A stretch of 35,314 bases of DNA, taken from a candidate division WOR-3 bacterium. Its GTDB lineage: Bacteria > Hydrothermota > Tepidihabitantia > Tepidihabitantales > JBDRVQ01. The number at the start of each line of letters is the position of its first letter. The first letter of the stretch is position 1. Under the pieces are notes generated by a model. The model made no database searches and was not told the DNA's origin. It saw only the letters and a program-made list of their open reading frames with translations. The DNA lies in the NCBI GenBank assembly GCA_039802085.1, contig JBDRVU010000003.1, forward strand, positions 1-35,314, given 5' to 3'. Of the stretch, positions 1 to 8,735 are shown one piece after another. Made by a program: the position numbers and the translations under genes.

Positions 1-476
1 GCCAAATTTTCAATGAGGTATTCGCCATTCTCATTAGTTCTTCCTTGACCGCAGGTTGGTCCGCAAGCCCGAACTAAAGCATTAGGAATTGGCTCACCAG
101 TAATTGAATCGGTCACTAAGCCAGAAATCCCACCATTTCTCGGGGGAGGGGAATAAGGGACTAAGGCAAAGTTAATGTTGGGTGTGGTTTGACCCGAAAC
201 CACCTCAACCAATTCCGGATAATGTTTACAGAGGTAATTGGGTGCGGAGGCGGTGACGCGGTAAAAGCCAGGTCTTAGATTTTGAATGGTATATTCACCA
301 TTTTGATTCGTCACCGCCATCCCGCCACTACCATGTTGCATCATTGCCCGAACGGTCGCTCCGGCAATTGGTGCACCCGTCAGAGAATCGGTAACAATAC
401 CGGAAATCGCTCCCAGACCATTAGCCCAAGCAAAACTTAATCCTAAGATTAAAAAGCTCGTAAGAAGCTTTTTCAT
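1..476 (-). CDS. Secreted protein with tandem carboxypeptidase-regulatory-like (CarboxypepD_reg) domains; runs off the window edge (partial)
   Basis: Not in the ORF track. Manual translation from ATG 476: MKKLLTSFLILGLSFAWA (signal peptide), GAISGIVTDSLTGAPIAGATV...TNQNGEYTIQNLRPGFYRVTASAPNY, then a second repeat GGISGLVTDSITGEPIPNALV...TNENGEYLIENL. GGGAGG RBS at 481-486. Confidence 0.85.
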   Translation of the reverse strand, partial: MKKLLTSFLILGLSFAWANGLGAISGIVTDSLTGAPIAGATVRAMMQHGSGGMAVTNQNGEYTIQNLRPGFYRVTASAPNYLCKHYPELVEVVSGQTTPNINFALVPYSPPPRNGGISGLVTDSITGEPIPNALVRACGPTCGQGRTNENGEYLIENL

Positions 477-510
477 ATTTCCTCCCGTTTCTTTCATCAT
501 TACTTATTAC

Positions 511-528
511 AAGCAAAAATTGTGCCAA
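511..528 (-). promoter_or_regulatory. Sigma54 (RpoN) -24/-12 promoter for the CarboxypepD_reg gene
   Basis: Minus strand TTGGCACAATTTTTGCTT: GG(526-525)-N10-GC(514-513), matching TGGCAC-N5-TTGC. Predicted +1 near 501, upstream of the RBS and ATG 476. Confidence 0.85.
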
Positions 529-578
529 TTTTTTCGATTGATTGGGAGAGGGTTTTTTCTTAATTGGCAAGGGAAAAA

Positions 579-615
579 TGTGCAAATTTTTACCAGATGA
601 GAGAAAAATTACTCA
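579..615. promoter_or_regulatory. Candidate enhancer (bEBP upstream activating sequences) for the 511-528 sigma54 promoter
   Basis: Two imperfect palindromes, TGTGCAAATTTTTACCA (579-595) and TGAGAGAAAAATTACTCA (598-615), about 80-115 bp upstream of the predicted +1. Confidence 0.4.
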
Positions 616-1229
616 GAAAGTTTGAGGTCCAAGAGATGGAGGCCATAAGAGAAACCGAGGGTAATGCCAAAGACTTGTTGGGCGATATAGGTGAATTTAT
701 AGAGGTTGTAAGCGGATTCAATCTCGGAAGGGAGTCTCTTTTCTAAATAAGAGCGATGGAAAATTGGAGTTAAGATAACACTAGTTAAAAATCCTACTGC
801 CGAAACTGTTGTCAAAGAGGTGAGTAGATATCCTTTAAATTTTTTCCCATCCTTTAATTGGAAGAAACCGGGATAAAAGTAGATTAATGGGGAACGGCTA
901 ATTTCTTCCTTTCTCTTTTTTCGAACCTCAGCCTGAGCTTCCTGAAATACCCTCATAATTTTTGGTGAGGTTTTTATCGGATCTAAAGAGAAATTGGGAG
1001 CAATTTGGAGGAGGGAAGAAAAATACCCCTTTGCCTTCTCTTCCTCACTAAGAGCGACTGCGGAGAATGCCATTATCTTTAATACCGTAACCTTCTCTTC
1101 CTTTTTCAATTCTTGGATTAAAATTATCTCTCCTTCTTTTAGCACCCCTGCATAATCACCTGATTGATAAAGGGAATCTAGAAGAGAAAGGTTGCCAAAC
1201 AAGAGAATAAGGAGAAATGGAATTCCCAT
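609..1229 (-). CDS. TPR-like exported/membrane protein
   Basis: 206 aa. N-terminal hydrophobic segment, helical TPR-like region (LYQSGDYAG...AKGYFSSLLQIAPNFSLDPIKTSPKI), two C-terminal hydrophobic segments. Confidence 0.65.
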   Translation of the reverse strand: MGIPFLLILLFGNLSLLDSLYQSGDYAGVLKEGEIILIQELKKEEKVTVLKIMAFSAVALSEEEKAKGYFSSLLQIAPNFSLDPIKTSPKIMRVFQEAQAEVRKKRKEEISRSPLIYFYPGFFQLKDGKKFKGYLLTSLTTVSAVGFLTSVILTPIFHRSYLEKRLPSEIESAYNLYKFTYIAQQVFGITLGFSYGLHLLDLKLSE

Positions 1230-1237
1230 CCTTTAGT

Positions 1238-2341
1238 CTAAAAGATGATTACCTTCCTTTTAATATTTCCCCTTTCCCGGCAAAGAAAATATAACCCTCT
1301 TTTTAATTTTTTACTTAAAACCCTCTCACCCAAGATATTGAATATCTCATAACCTTCTTCCAAGAGGATTTTTTTCTCTATCAGAAAGGTTTCGGATTTT
1401 TCCCCTATAATCTTTTCGCTCTTCTCTTCGCTTATTCCCGAAGGTTGAGTCTTTTCTGTTATCCCTAAGGAGAATCCGGAACTATCGCCACCAATCGCAT
1501 AAATTTCATCATTTAGGATGCAGGCGGCTAATCCCGCCCTTGCCCGATTGAGTGGGGAGTATTCTACCCAGGAGTCTCTTTCCGGTATATAGTACCTTAC
1601 CTTATTGGATGGTATCCCTTGGCTGGTAATCCCACCAATTAAAAAAATCTTTCCCTGATGGACACAGCCCGCGGCTAGAAACCGAGGGCAAGGGAGTCTT
1701 CTGATTGGATACCAAAAATTGAGACTATCATTATAGCCTTCGCATAAACTAATTGGTCCCTGATATAGACCACCAAGGGCATAAACTTTTCCTTCCGCCA
1801 CCGCGCTAAAATGCATCCGGGGCGTAATCATTGATTTCTTTATTAACCAGGAATTTCCTAAGATATCATAAACTTCAACCGTATCAGTTACATGCTCCCC
1901 TCTTTTTGATCCACCCATAATAAAGATATAAGGACCAAGGGCACAACCACCAATCCCAGAACGGGGAGTAGGAAGGAAAGAATTTATCTTCTCCCAAGTA
2001 TCTCTTTCTGGGTCATAAACTTCAATGACATTGGTGGGAGAAGAAAAAAACGGAGAGGTATCGCCGCCAATCACATAAATTTTATTCTCCCAGACCCCAG
2101 AAACCGCTCCATAACGAGGGGTGGGCATTGGTCTCTTAACCACCCAAGTATCCCTTACCGGATCATATTCCTCACAAATTCCCAAAACTTGCCTTTCGGT
2201 TTTACCACCAATGGCATAAATCCGACCGTTAACTACTTGACAGGAAAGACCGGTGCGGGGGAAATTCAATTGCCTCCGGTAATGCCATTCCTGGGAAAAT
2301 CCGAAAAGGGAGAGGAGGAGAATTAAGGCGGTAATAATCAT
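1238..2341 (-). CDS. Secreted Kelch-repeat beta-propeller protein with a T9SS type A-like C-terminal sorting domain
   Basis: Six Kelch repeats (IYAIGG...YDP..DTW...MPTPR). Signal peptide MIITALILLLSLFGFS. Tail YEIFNILGERV...GLYFL...RKVIIF. Start moved to 2341 (2350 also possible) because a sigma54 promoter occupies the ORF-track N-terminus. Confidence 0.85.
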   Translation of the reverse strand: MIITALILLLSLFGFSQEWHYRRQLNFPRTGLSCQVVNGRIYAIGGKTERQVLGICEEYDPVRDTWVVKRPMPTPRYGAVSGVWENKIYVIGGDTSPFFSSPTNVIEVYDPERDTWEKINSFLPTPRSGIGGCALGPYIFIMGGSKRGEHVTDTVEVYDILGNSWLIKKSMITPRMHFSAVAEGKVYALGGLYQGPISLCEGYNDSLNFWYPIRRLPCPRFLAAGCVHQGKIFLIGGITSQGIPSNKVRYYIPERDSWVEYSPLNRARAGLAACILNDEIYAIGGDSSGFSLGITEKTQPSGISEEKSEKIIGEKSETFLIEKKILLEEGYEIFNILGERVLSKKLKRGLYFLCRERGNIKRKVIIF

Positions 2342-2363
2342 ATCTCTCATTTCCTTAATATTT

Positions 2364-2381
2364 AAGCAAAAATCGTGCCAA
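2364..2381 (-). promoter_or_regulatory. Sigma54 -24/-12 promoter internal to the cluster, driving the Kelch gene
   Basis: Minus strand TTGGCACGATTTTTGCTT: GG(2379-2378)-N10-GC(2367-2366), directly after the kinase stop at 2383. Predicted +1 near 2354. Confidence 0.85.
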
Positions 2382-2382
2382 A

Positions 2383-3893
2383 CTACCATTTTATCCTTCT
2401 TTCTATAATTTCCCCAGATTTTATCTCTAAGGTCTCAACATAGGGGGGAAAATTGGGGTTTAATACCTTTAATTCGTGCCGACCCGGAGGCAGGTAGATT
2501 ATGCCCATTGGTGTTTCCCCTTTATCGTTATCATCAAGATAAATCTTTCCCCAGGGTTCGGCTATTACCCTTAACCCACCAAGCACGGTCTTAAAGTCAA
2601 AGAAGATAAGGATTGTCTCATCAGGCAAAATTTCTAACCCTTTCTCTATTGTCCCAAATTCCGGATGGCTAAACTTTATCTTTATACTCCCTGATGGTAA
2701 TTTTATGGGAAAGGCGAAAGGGGTCTGACCAAGATACGCATCCGCGAGATAAATATCTGCCCAAGGTTCCACCTGGATTCTTAAATATCCACTATCCATC
2801 TTTATGGGAGAAGATAAAAGGGAAGAAGGAGCCTTTCCCTTTTTCTCTCTTATCTCGTCTTTTTTTGCCTCCTGGGGAAGAGAAGGAGGCGGCTTTTCAA
2901 TCGTTGGCTCAATTACCTCTAAAGGAATCCCCCTTTCCCCTTCCGCCGGGGAAAAAGTTTGCCGCCGCTGAATGAGGAAAAAATGGAAGGATATGAGGAA
3001 GGATGTGATAATTAAGAGAATAAAGAGAACTTTCCGCCAAAGGAAGCGAAGGATTTGATGGGGTAAAGGAAAACTGACTGGTTCTTTTAGGATGAGACTA
3101 ATCGCTTGTCTTACTTCTTCCGCGGCAGAAAACCTTTTATTGGGGTCTTTTGCCAACAGCCGGGCGAATAGACCTCGCACTTCCTTTGGCAAACCACTTA
3201 AATCCGTCTTTTGATAAAGAATTTTATGCAAAACCCCGGTAAAGGTCGAAGCGAGAAAAGGGTTCTCTCCGGTTAATAATTCAAACAAGAGAACCCCTAA
3301 GGAAAAGAGGTCAGAACGGTGATCAATCGCCTTTCCCGAAATCTGTTCCGGTGACATATAAGCGGGGGTGCCAATAATCTCTCCATCGGCGGTTAATTTT
3401 TCAATCCGGAATGATTGAGCAAGTCCAAAATCGGTAAGTTTCAATTGACCATCTTCTTTAAGAATAACATTTGATGGCTTAATATCCCGATGTAATATCC
3501 CTTTCTTATGAATTCGGGATAAAATATCCGCTATCCCTTTGCCAATTTTTAAGACCTCTTCGGTGGGCAATCTCTTTCTTTTATTTAAAACCTCCTCTAA
3601 GGTCTCCCCGGGCACAAACTCCGAGATAATGAACGCCATCCCCTCTTCTTCACCGAAGTCATAAATTTTTGTCACCCCGGGTCATCCAATTCGGAAAGAA
3701 TTTTTGCCTCCCGTTCAAAACGTTTTATTGCACCTTCACTTTGAGTAATTTGTGGGGCGATGACTTTAATAATCACCTTCCGGTTTAATGGTTTTTGAAT
3801 CGCTAAATAGACGGTCGCAAAATGGGAACGGGAGAGGGTCTTTTCAATTTCGTATTTGGAAAGACAACTTTTCGGTAAAAGTTGGTAACTCAT
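2383..3893 (-). pseudogene. Membrane Hanks-type Ser/Thr protein kinase with two PEGA domains, split by a one-base frameshift near 3674-3677
   Basis: ORF 3672-3893 is the N-lobe (YEIEKTL, VIIK, RFEREAKIL). ORF 2383-3675 has HRDIKPSN, DFG, GTPAYMSPE, a TM helix and PEGA repeats (VEPWADIY, AEPWGKIY). The junction reads CCG GGG TGA CAA; one extra G gives DPG-V-T-KIYDF, equivalent to HPNIVKIYD. Confidence 0.8.
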
Positions 3894-5383
3894 CGGAAGA
3901 GGTCCTCGTCCTTAATGCCCAACTCGTCCATCTTATAATATAAAGTCCTTCGGGAGATCCCCAATATCTTTGCCGCCTCGGACTTATTTCCTCCGCACCG
4001 CCGGATAGCGGCGATAATTTTTTCCCGCTCGGTTGCTCTTAAAGTCATCTTCAAACTCTCATCCTGCTTCCCCTCCTTTGCTGAGATTTCTAATTTCAAA
4101 TCCTCCGGTTTAATTATCTCTCCTTCTGCTAAGGAGACCGCCCGGGCAATGGCGTTTTCTAATTCCCGGACATTACCCGGCCAAGGATAAGTCCGAATTA
4201 AGTTTAAGGCGGATGGGCTAATTCCTTGAATTGGCTTATTAAATTTCTCGCCGTATTTCTCGACAAAATATTTCGCCAGCAAGATGCTATCTTCCCCCCG
4301 CTCCCGGAGGGGTGGTAAGGTAATTGTTAGAACATTGAGACGATAGAATAAATCCTCCCGAAAGGTTTTCTTCTTTATTTCTTCCTTCAAATCCCGATTG
4401 CTCGCGGCGATTATTCGACAGTCAACCTTTCTCGGCTCACCCTCTCCAATTCTCCTTATTTCTCCTTCTTGTAAAAAGCGGAGGATTTTTGCCTGAACGG
4501 AAAGGGGGATGTCAACCACCTCATCCAAAAAGAGGGTGCCCCCGTCAGCCTCTTCAATCAGCCCCTTTTTATCACTTAAGGCCCCGGTAAAACTTCCTTT
4601 TTTATAACCAAAAAGTTCGGATTCCAATAAACTCTCTGGTAAGGAACCGCAATAGATTGGGACAAATTTTTTCTTCCGACGCCAGCTGGAATAGTGGATC
4701 GCCTTAGCGACCAGTTCTTTTCCCGTTCCGGACTCCCCATAAATTAAGACATTAACATCGGTAGTGATAATCTTCCTCAGAAGGGAGAAAATTTCTAACA
4801 TCTTCTCACTCTGACCGATAATATTCTCAAAGGCATATAATGAGGCAATTTCCCTTCGGAGATATAGATTCTCATCCAGCAGCATCTCCCGAAACCTGGC
4901 ATTTTCAATGGCAATGGCGCAGAGATTAGAGAAGGCAATTAGGAATTCTAAATCCTCTTGGGTGAAAAGACCTTTTTGGGAGAGGGAATCACAATAGATT
5001 GCCCCAATTAATGCATCCCGCTTCTTTAAGGGACAAGCCAAAACCGATTGAATCCTTGATAAAATAACACTCTCCTTCGCCCCAAACTCACTCTCTAAGG
5101 CGTTATGTAAAAGAATGGGTTTTTCTGTTCTTAGTACCTCTTCAATTACACTCCGCGAGATCCTTTTTATATCCGCTAAATCCCCGGACCTTTTATCCCG
5201 AGCGGTAACCGGGACAAAGTCATCTTTTTCTTTTAAGACAATCACCCCCCTTTCCGCATTTAAGGCCTCAAGGCACAAATCCATTATCCGTTCTAAGAGT
5301 TCCTTATAGTCCAAAATGGAATTAATCGTGGTAGCGATTTGATGGAGAACCGATAGCCGATCTCTATTTAACTCAAAACGCAT
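3890..5383 (-). CDS. GAF-domain sigma54-dependent transcriptional activator (bEBP, Fis-type HTH)
   Basis: N-terminal GAF (SVLACPL...IGAIYCDS...FTQEDLEFL), Walker A GESGTGKE, GSFTGA, LFLDEV, FREDLFYRL, WPGNVREL, C-terminal HTH (GNKSEAAKILGISRRTLYYK). Start taken at ATG 5383 (MRFEL). Confidence 0.92.
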   Translation of the reverse strand: MRFELNRDRLSVLHQIATTINSILDYKELLERIMDLCLEALNAERGVIVLKEKDDFVPVTARDKRSGDLADIKRISRSVIEEVLRTEKPILLHNALESEFGAKESVILSRIQSVLACPLKKRDALIGAIYCDSLSQKGLFTQEDLEFLIAFSNLCAIAIENARFREMLLDENLYLRREIASLYAFENIIGQSEKMLEIFSLLRKIITTDVNVLIYGESGTGKELVAKAIHYSSWRRKKKFVPIYCGSLPESLLESELFGYKKGSFTGALSDKKGLIEEADGGTLFLDEVVDIPLSVQAKILRFLQEGEIRRIGEGEPRKVDCRIIAASNRDLKEEIKKKTFREDLFYRLNVLTITLPPLRERGEDSILLAKYFVEKYGEKFNKPIQGISPSALNLIRTYPWPGNVRELENAIARAVSLAEGEIIKPEDLKLEISAKEGKQDESLKMTLRATEREKIIAAIRRCGGNKSEAAKILGISRRTLYYKMDELGIKDEDLFR

Positions 5384-6356
5384 ATTTCTCCGGAATGCCA
5401 ACCCGGAAAACCGCCTCCGCCGATTTTGCCCAATTATTATAAGTATCCTTAGCCCCAACCTGCCAATAGTAATAACCGGAGATTAAGGATTCGGATAGAA
5501 AAAAGGAGGTATCAGCAGGCGAGAGAGTATCATACCGTAAATAAAGGATTGGTTCTAAATTGGGGCGGATCAAATAAATTTCCAAAAATTGGGTATAAGA
5601 GAAGGGGTATTGGGGAAGGTGCCAAAAGAAGGAAGGACGGCAAGAGACACTATCACCACCGAGCGGAGAAATTGGTTCCGGCGGATTTCTAATCACCCGG
5701 ATGAGTCGAAGGGGAGGGGATTGGGCATAATGACCAAAGATATCCCAAGCGACAAGATAAAGATTCCGACCGCTAATCTCCTCAAGATTTTGGGAAAGGC
5801 TTTTTTCTAAAAAGAAATTCTCATAAGTAAAACCGGACTTAAAAAATAAGGGCAAGGTATCAGAAAGCCCCTCAATTATCCCGAATACCTGGTTGATATC
5901 CCCCTGCCCTTCTTCATCTCTCAATTCACATCTCAAATTTAAAACGCACGAATCCCGTGGGATATGACGAGAGACAAAAGAAGAGAAGACGGCATAGTTA
6001 AGAAATTTGGGCAAACCTTCTAAAATAAAATTTAAAGTCTCGTACTTATAAACTTGAGGATAGCGATAAATCGATTCCGGGACAAAACCTTCCTTTTCCC
6101 CAATCACCAAGATGCTTTCCGCGGGACAATCCTTTATCTCGTATCTTCCTCTCTCGTCACTTTTCGCCAGATAAGAGTTATTTCCCCTAATTGGTAAAAT
6201 CTTTATCCAACAATCTGGGATTGGGACACCGGTCCGATTCTGACAGACACCCAGAAGGACGGTCTTCTTCTGAAAAAAATCCGAATTGGGGTCATAGGGG
6301 TTATCTCGCTCCGGAAGGCAGGAGAGGAAGAACACCAGGAGAAAAATTCTTTTCAT
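5373..6356 (-). CDS. Lipoprotein with carboxypeptidase-regulatory-like and Ig/FN3-like domains
   Basis: Signal and lipobox MKRIFLLVFFLS-C, then RDNPYDP; SDERGRYEI; C-terminal GYYYWQVGAKD beta-sandwich pattern. Confidence 0.7.
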   Translation of the reverse strand: MKRIFLLVFFLSCLPERDNPYDPNSDFFQKKTVLLGVCQNRTGVPIPDCWIKILPIRGNNSYLAKSDERGRYEIKDCPAESILVIGEKEGFVPESIYRYPQVYKYETLNFILEGLPKFLNYAVFSSFVSRHIPRDSCVLNLRCELRDEEGQGDINQVFGIIEGLSDTLPLFFKSGFTYENFFLEKSLSQNLEEISGRNLYLVAWDIFGHYAQSPPLRLIRVIRNPPEPISPLGGDSVSCRPSFFWHLPQYPFSYTQFLEIYLIRPNLEPILYLRYDTLSPADTSFFLSESLISGYYYWQVGAKDTYNNWAKSAEAVFRVGIPEKYAF

Positions 6357-6362
6357 AAAAAT

Positions 6363-6391
6363 ATTATAAAGGTTTATCCTTTATCTGTCAA
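6363..6391 (-). promoter_or_regulatory. Consensus sigma70 promoter, leaderless arrangement
   Basis: TTGACA-17 nt-TATAAT, then 6 nt to ATG 6356; no SD. Confidence 0.85.
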
Positions 6392-6454
6392 ATATATTTT
6401 TCATTGGGCGAGACTTCGCAATGATAGTTCACGCCTTAAAAAACTTAATGCCTC

Positions 6455-6622
6455 ACTACCAATACTTTTACTCCCCAAATTAGCCAAAGGATTAGGCAAA
6501 GGATTAGAAATTTTCTTGGGCTTTTCCGGAGAGAAAAAATTAGCGATAAAACCGGTCCTTTTTTCCGAGGAGAGATTAGGGATAAGATTAGGCCTTTAAT
6601 TAGGAAAGAAATCAGTCCTTAA
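6455..6622. repeat. Degenerate 12-bp periodic array (ATTAG core on +), about 14 units
   Basis: ATTAG at 6479, 6491, 6503, 6539, 6575, 6587 and 6599, and ATCAG at 6611, all in one 12-bp register with no indels. Confidence 0.75.
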
Positions 6623-6831
6623 AGGATAGCCGGAACGATGGATAAGAGGTGGGGAGGGGGGTGGCAGGAGAGGCGGTGGTAGGGCTCACTTCAGATTTAT
6701 TTTGGAAGCGAGTAAGTTATTGGAGGAGAAAGAACTCAAAAGAAAATGGCCTTTTTTGATAGGCGACTTTTATGTCACTTGGGAGAAGAAAAATTTATCC
6801 AAACTAATCTGTTAACCTGAGAAACTTACTC

Positions 6832-6859
6832 TTGATTTTTTCTCTGAATTTGTTATAAT
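6832..6859 (+). promoter_or_regulatory. Sigma70 promoter (extended -10) of the hydrogenase operon, leaderless arrangement
   Basis: TTGATT-16 nt-TATAAT with TGn extension; ATG 6868 lies 8 nt downstream; no SD. Confidence 0.7.
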
Positions 6860-6867
6860 TTCTTTTT

Positions 6868-7899
6868 ATGAAAGCCTTAAAGTTAAAGAAAGAAAACTTG
6901 TTTGAATTCCTGAAGGGAATTCAAAGATTTGGGGAAGTCTACGGTCCGGTAAAAAAGGGTGATAAGTTTATTTACGAAAGATTAACAGATTTTTCCCGAT
7001 TAGAACTTACCGCTTTAAGAGCCATTATCCCAGTGAAGAAATTTCTTCTCCCACCTCGATTTCCGATTCTTAAATTTGACCCGATAAATTTTTACGAAGA
7101 AATTCCGGCAGAAATCCCGATGCGGATAATTTTTGGTCTCCACCCTTGTGAAATCCATAGTATTTTAATTTTAGACCGGTTATTTAAGGAGCGCACCCCA
7201 GACCCTTATTATATTAGGGCCCGGGAAAAGACCGTAATCATTGGTCTTTCCTGCGTTCCGGATGATAAGTGTTTTGCCCGTTCTACTAATACCCATTTCA
7301 TTGAAGAAGGTTTTGATTTGGGCTTTAATGAGTTAGGAGACAATTATCTGGTTTGGGTGGGTTCTTCCATTGGCGATGATTTGGTGAGAAGTCGGCTTGA
7401 CCTTTTTGATGAGAATATCACCCAGAAGGATTTAACCCAGTATATTGAATGGCGGAAATGGCGCGACAACCAATACCAACTTCATCTGGACTTAACCGCG
7501 CTACCCGACATTATGGAATTGAGTTACGATGCGCCAATCTGGGAAGAGTTGGGCGAGAAATGCCTTTCCTGCGGTGCTTGTTCTATGGTCTGCCCCACCT
7601 GTCCCTGTTTCAATGTCCAAGATTATCTTCCGATTGGCGAAAAAGCCGGCATTCGGGAAAGACATTGGGATTCCTGTATGCTTAAAGACTTCGCCTTAGT
7701 TGCGGGGGGGCATAACTTTCGGGAAAAACGTTCCTCTCGGGTGAAATTATGGTATACCCATAAATTGAAAGCCTTCATCACCGAATTTGGGCGACCCGCC
7801 TGCGTTGGTTGTGGTAGGTGTATTGACACCTGTCCAGTAAATATTAATGTCTTAGAAGTGGTAAAAAAATTAAAAGGCGAAGGAGTTTTGCTTAAATGA
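6868..7899 (+). CDS. hydB: Group 3b NiFe (sulf)hydrogenase beta subunit (Fe-S, AsrA-like)
   Basis: CLSCGACSMVCPTCPCF and CVGCGRCIDTCP clusters, RERHWDSC; first gene of the four-gene operon. Confidence 0.88.
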   Translation: MKALKLKKENLFEFLKGIQRFGEVYGPVKKGDKFIYERLTDFSRLELTALRAIIPVKKFLLPPRFPILKFDPINFYEEIPAEIPMRIIFGLHPCEIHSILILDRLFKERTPDPYYIRAREKTVIIGLSCVPDDKCFARSTNTHFIEEGFDLGFNELGDNYLVWVGSSIGDDLVRSRLDLFDENITQKDLTQYIEWRKWRDNQYQLHLDLTALPDIMELSYDAPIWEELGEKCLSCGACSMVCPTCPCFNVQDYLPIGEKAGIRERHWDSCMLKDFALVAGGHNFREKRSSRVKLWYTHKLKAFITEFGRPACVGCGRCIDTCPVNINVLEVVKKLKGEGVLLK

Positions 7900-8735
7900 A
7901 TAGTAATAATATCTATCAGCCAATCCCAATGCGCATTGTCCGGCGCTATAACCTAACCGAAGATGTCCGATTTTTTCAAGTGCGACCAGTGGAGATGGAA
8001 AAGGCATTGACCTTGCGTTATAAACCAGGACAATTTATGATGGTCTCGGTCTTCGGGGCGGGAGAAGCACCTTTTTCTATCTCTTCTTCCCCCTCTCGTC
8101 CCGGACTCTTAGAGTTCGGTATCCGAAAGATTGGGGTTTTAACGACAGAGTTATTCAAATTGAAGGAAAACGAAGTGATCGGAGTTCGGGGACCTTACGG
8201 TAACGGTTTTCCCGTAGAGAAGATGATTGGTCATGACCTAATCATTGTCGTTGGTGGTTTAGGGGCAGTTCCTTTACGTTCCCTTTTACTCTATGTCTTA
8301 GACAATCGGGATTTGTTCGGTAAGATTTATTTCCTTTATGGCGCCCGTCAACCAAAAGAGATGCTCTTTTTAAGGGAGTTTTTGGAGTTAAAAGAGAGAG
8401 AAGACCTGGACTGTCTATTGGCAGTTGATAAAGATGATACCGGAACTTGGACGGAAAAGATTGGAGTTGTTACTGAACTATTTAAGTTTATAAAAGAAAT
8501 TGACCCAGAAAAGAGTTACGCCGCGGTCTGCGGCCCACCGGTGATGTATCGCTATGTGATTGATAAATTGGTCGCTCTAAAAATACCTAAACATCAGATT
8601 CTAATGACCCTGGAAAGAAGAATGAAATGCGGGGTGGGCAAATGCGGACACTGCGTTATTGGCTCAATCTATACCTGTTTAGATGGTCCAGTCTTTACCT
8701 ATTGGGATGTTTTACATATGAAGGATTTAATATGA
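7896..8735 (+). CDS. hydG: Sulfhydrogenase gamma subunit (FAD/NAD(P)-binding, 2Fe-2S)
   Basis: PGQF, RGPYGNGF, GGLGAVP, CGPPVM, ERRMKCGVGKCGHC...CLDGPVF. Confidence 0.9.
   Translation: MNSNNIYQPIPMRIVRRYNLTEDVRFFQVRPVEMEKALTLRYKPGQFMMVSVFGAGEAPFSISSSPSRPGLLEFGIRKIGVLTTELFKLKENEVIGVRGPYGNGFPVEKMIGHDLIIVVGGLGAVPLRSLLLYVLDNRDLFGKIYFLYGARQPKEMLFLREFLELKEREDLDCLLAVDKDDTGTWTEKIGVVTELFKFIKEIDPEKSYAAVCGPPVMYRYVIDKLVALKIPKHQILMTLERRMKCGVGKCGHCVIGSIYTCLDGPVFTYWDVLHMKDLI

Noticed and set aside
564-746. 60-aa plus-strand ORF
   Set aside because: Overlaps the 609-1229 gene antisense and the candidate enhancer region; no recognisable features.
3672-3674. Selenocysteine or stop readthrough at the kinase TGA
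   Set aside because: The downstream kinase half is in a different frame, so readthrough would not join them.
5384-5458. ORF-track N-terminal extensions (also 2342-2389, 8627-8731, 13249-13302, 18359-18490, 32541-32585)
   Set aside because: They overlap upstream genes or promoters; downstream starts fit signal peptides, coupling or promoter geometry better.
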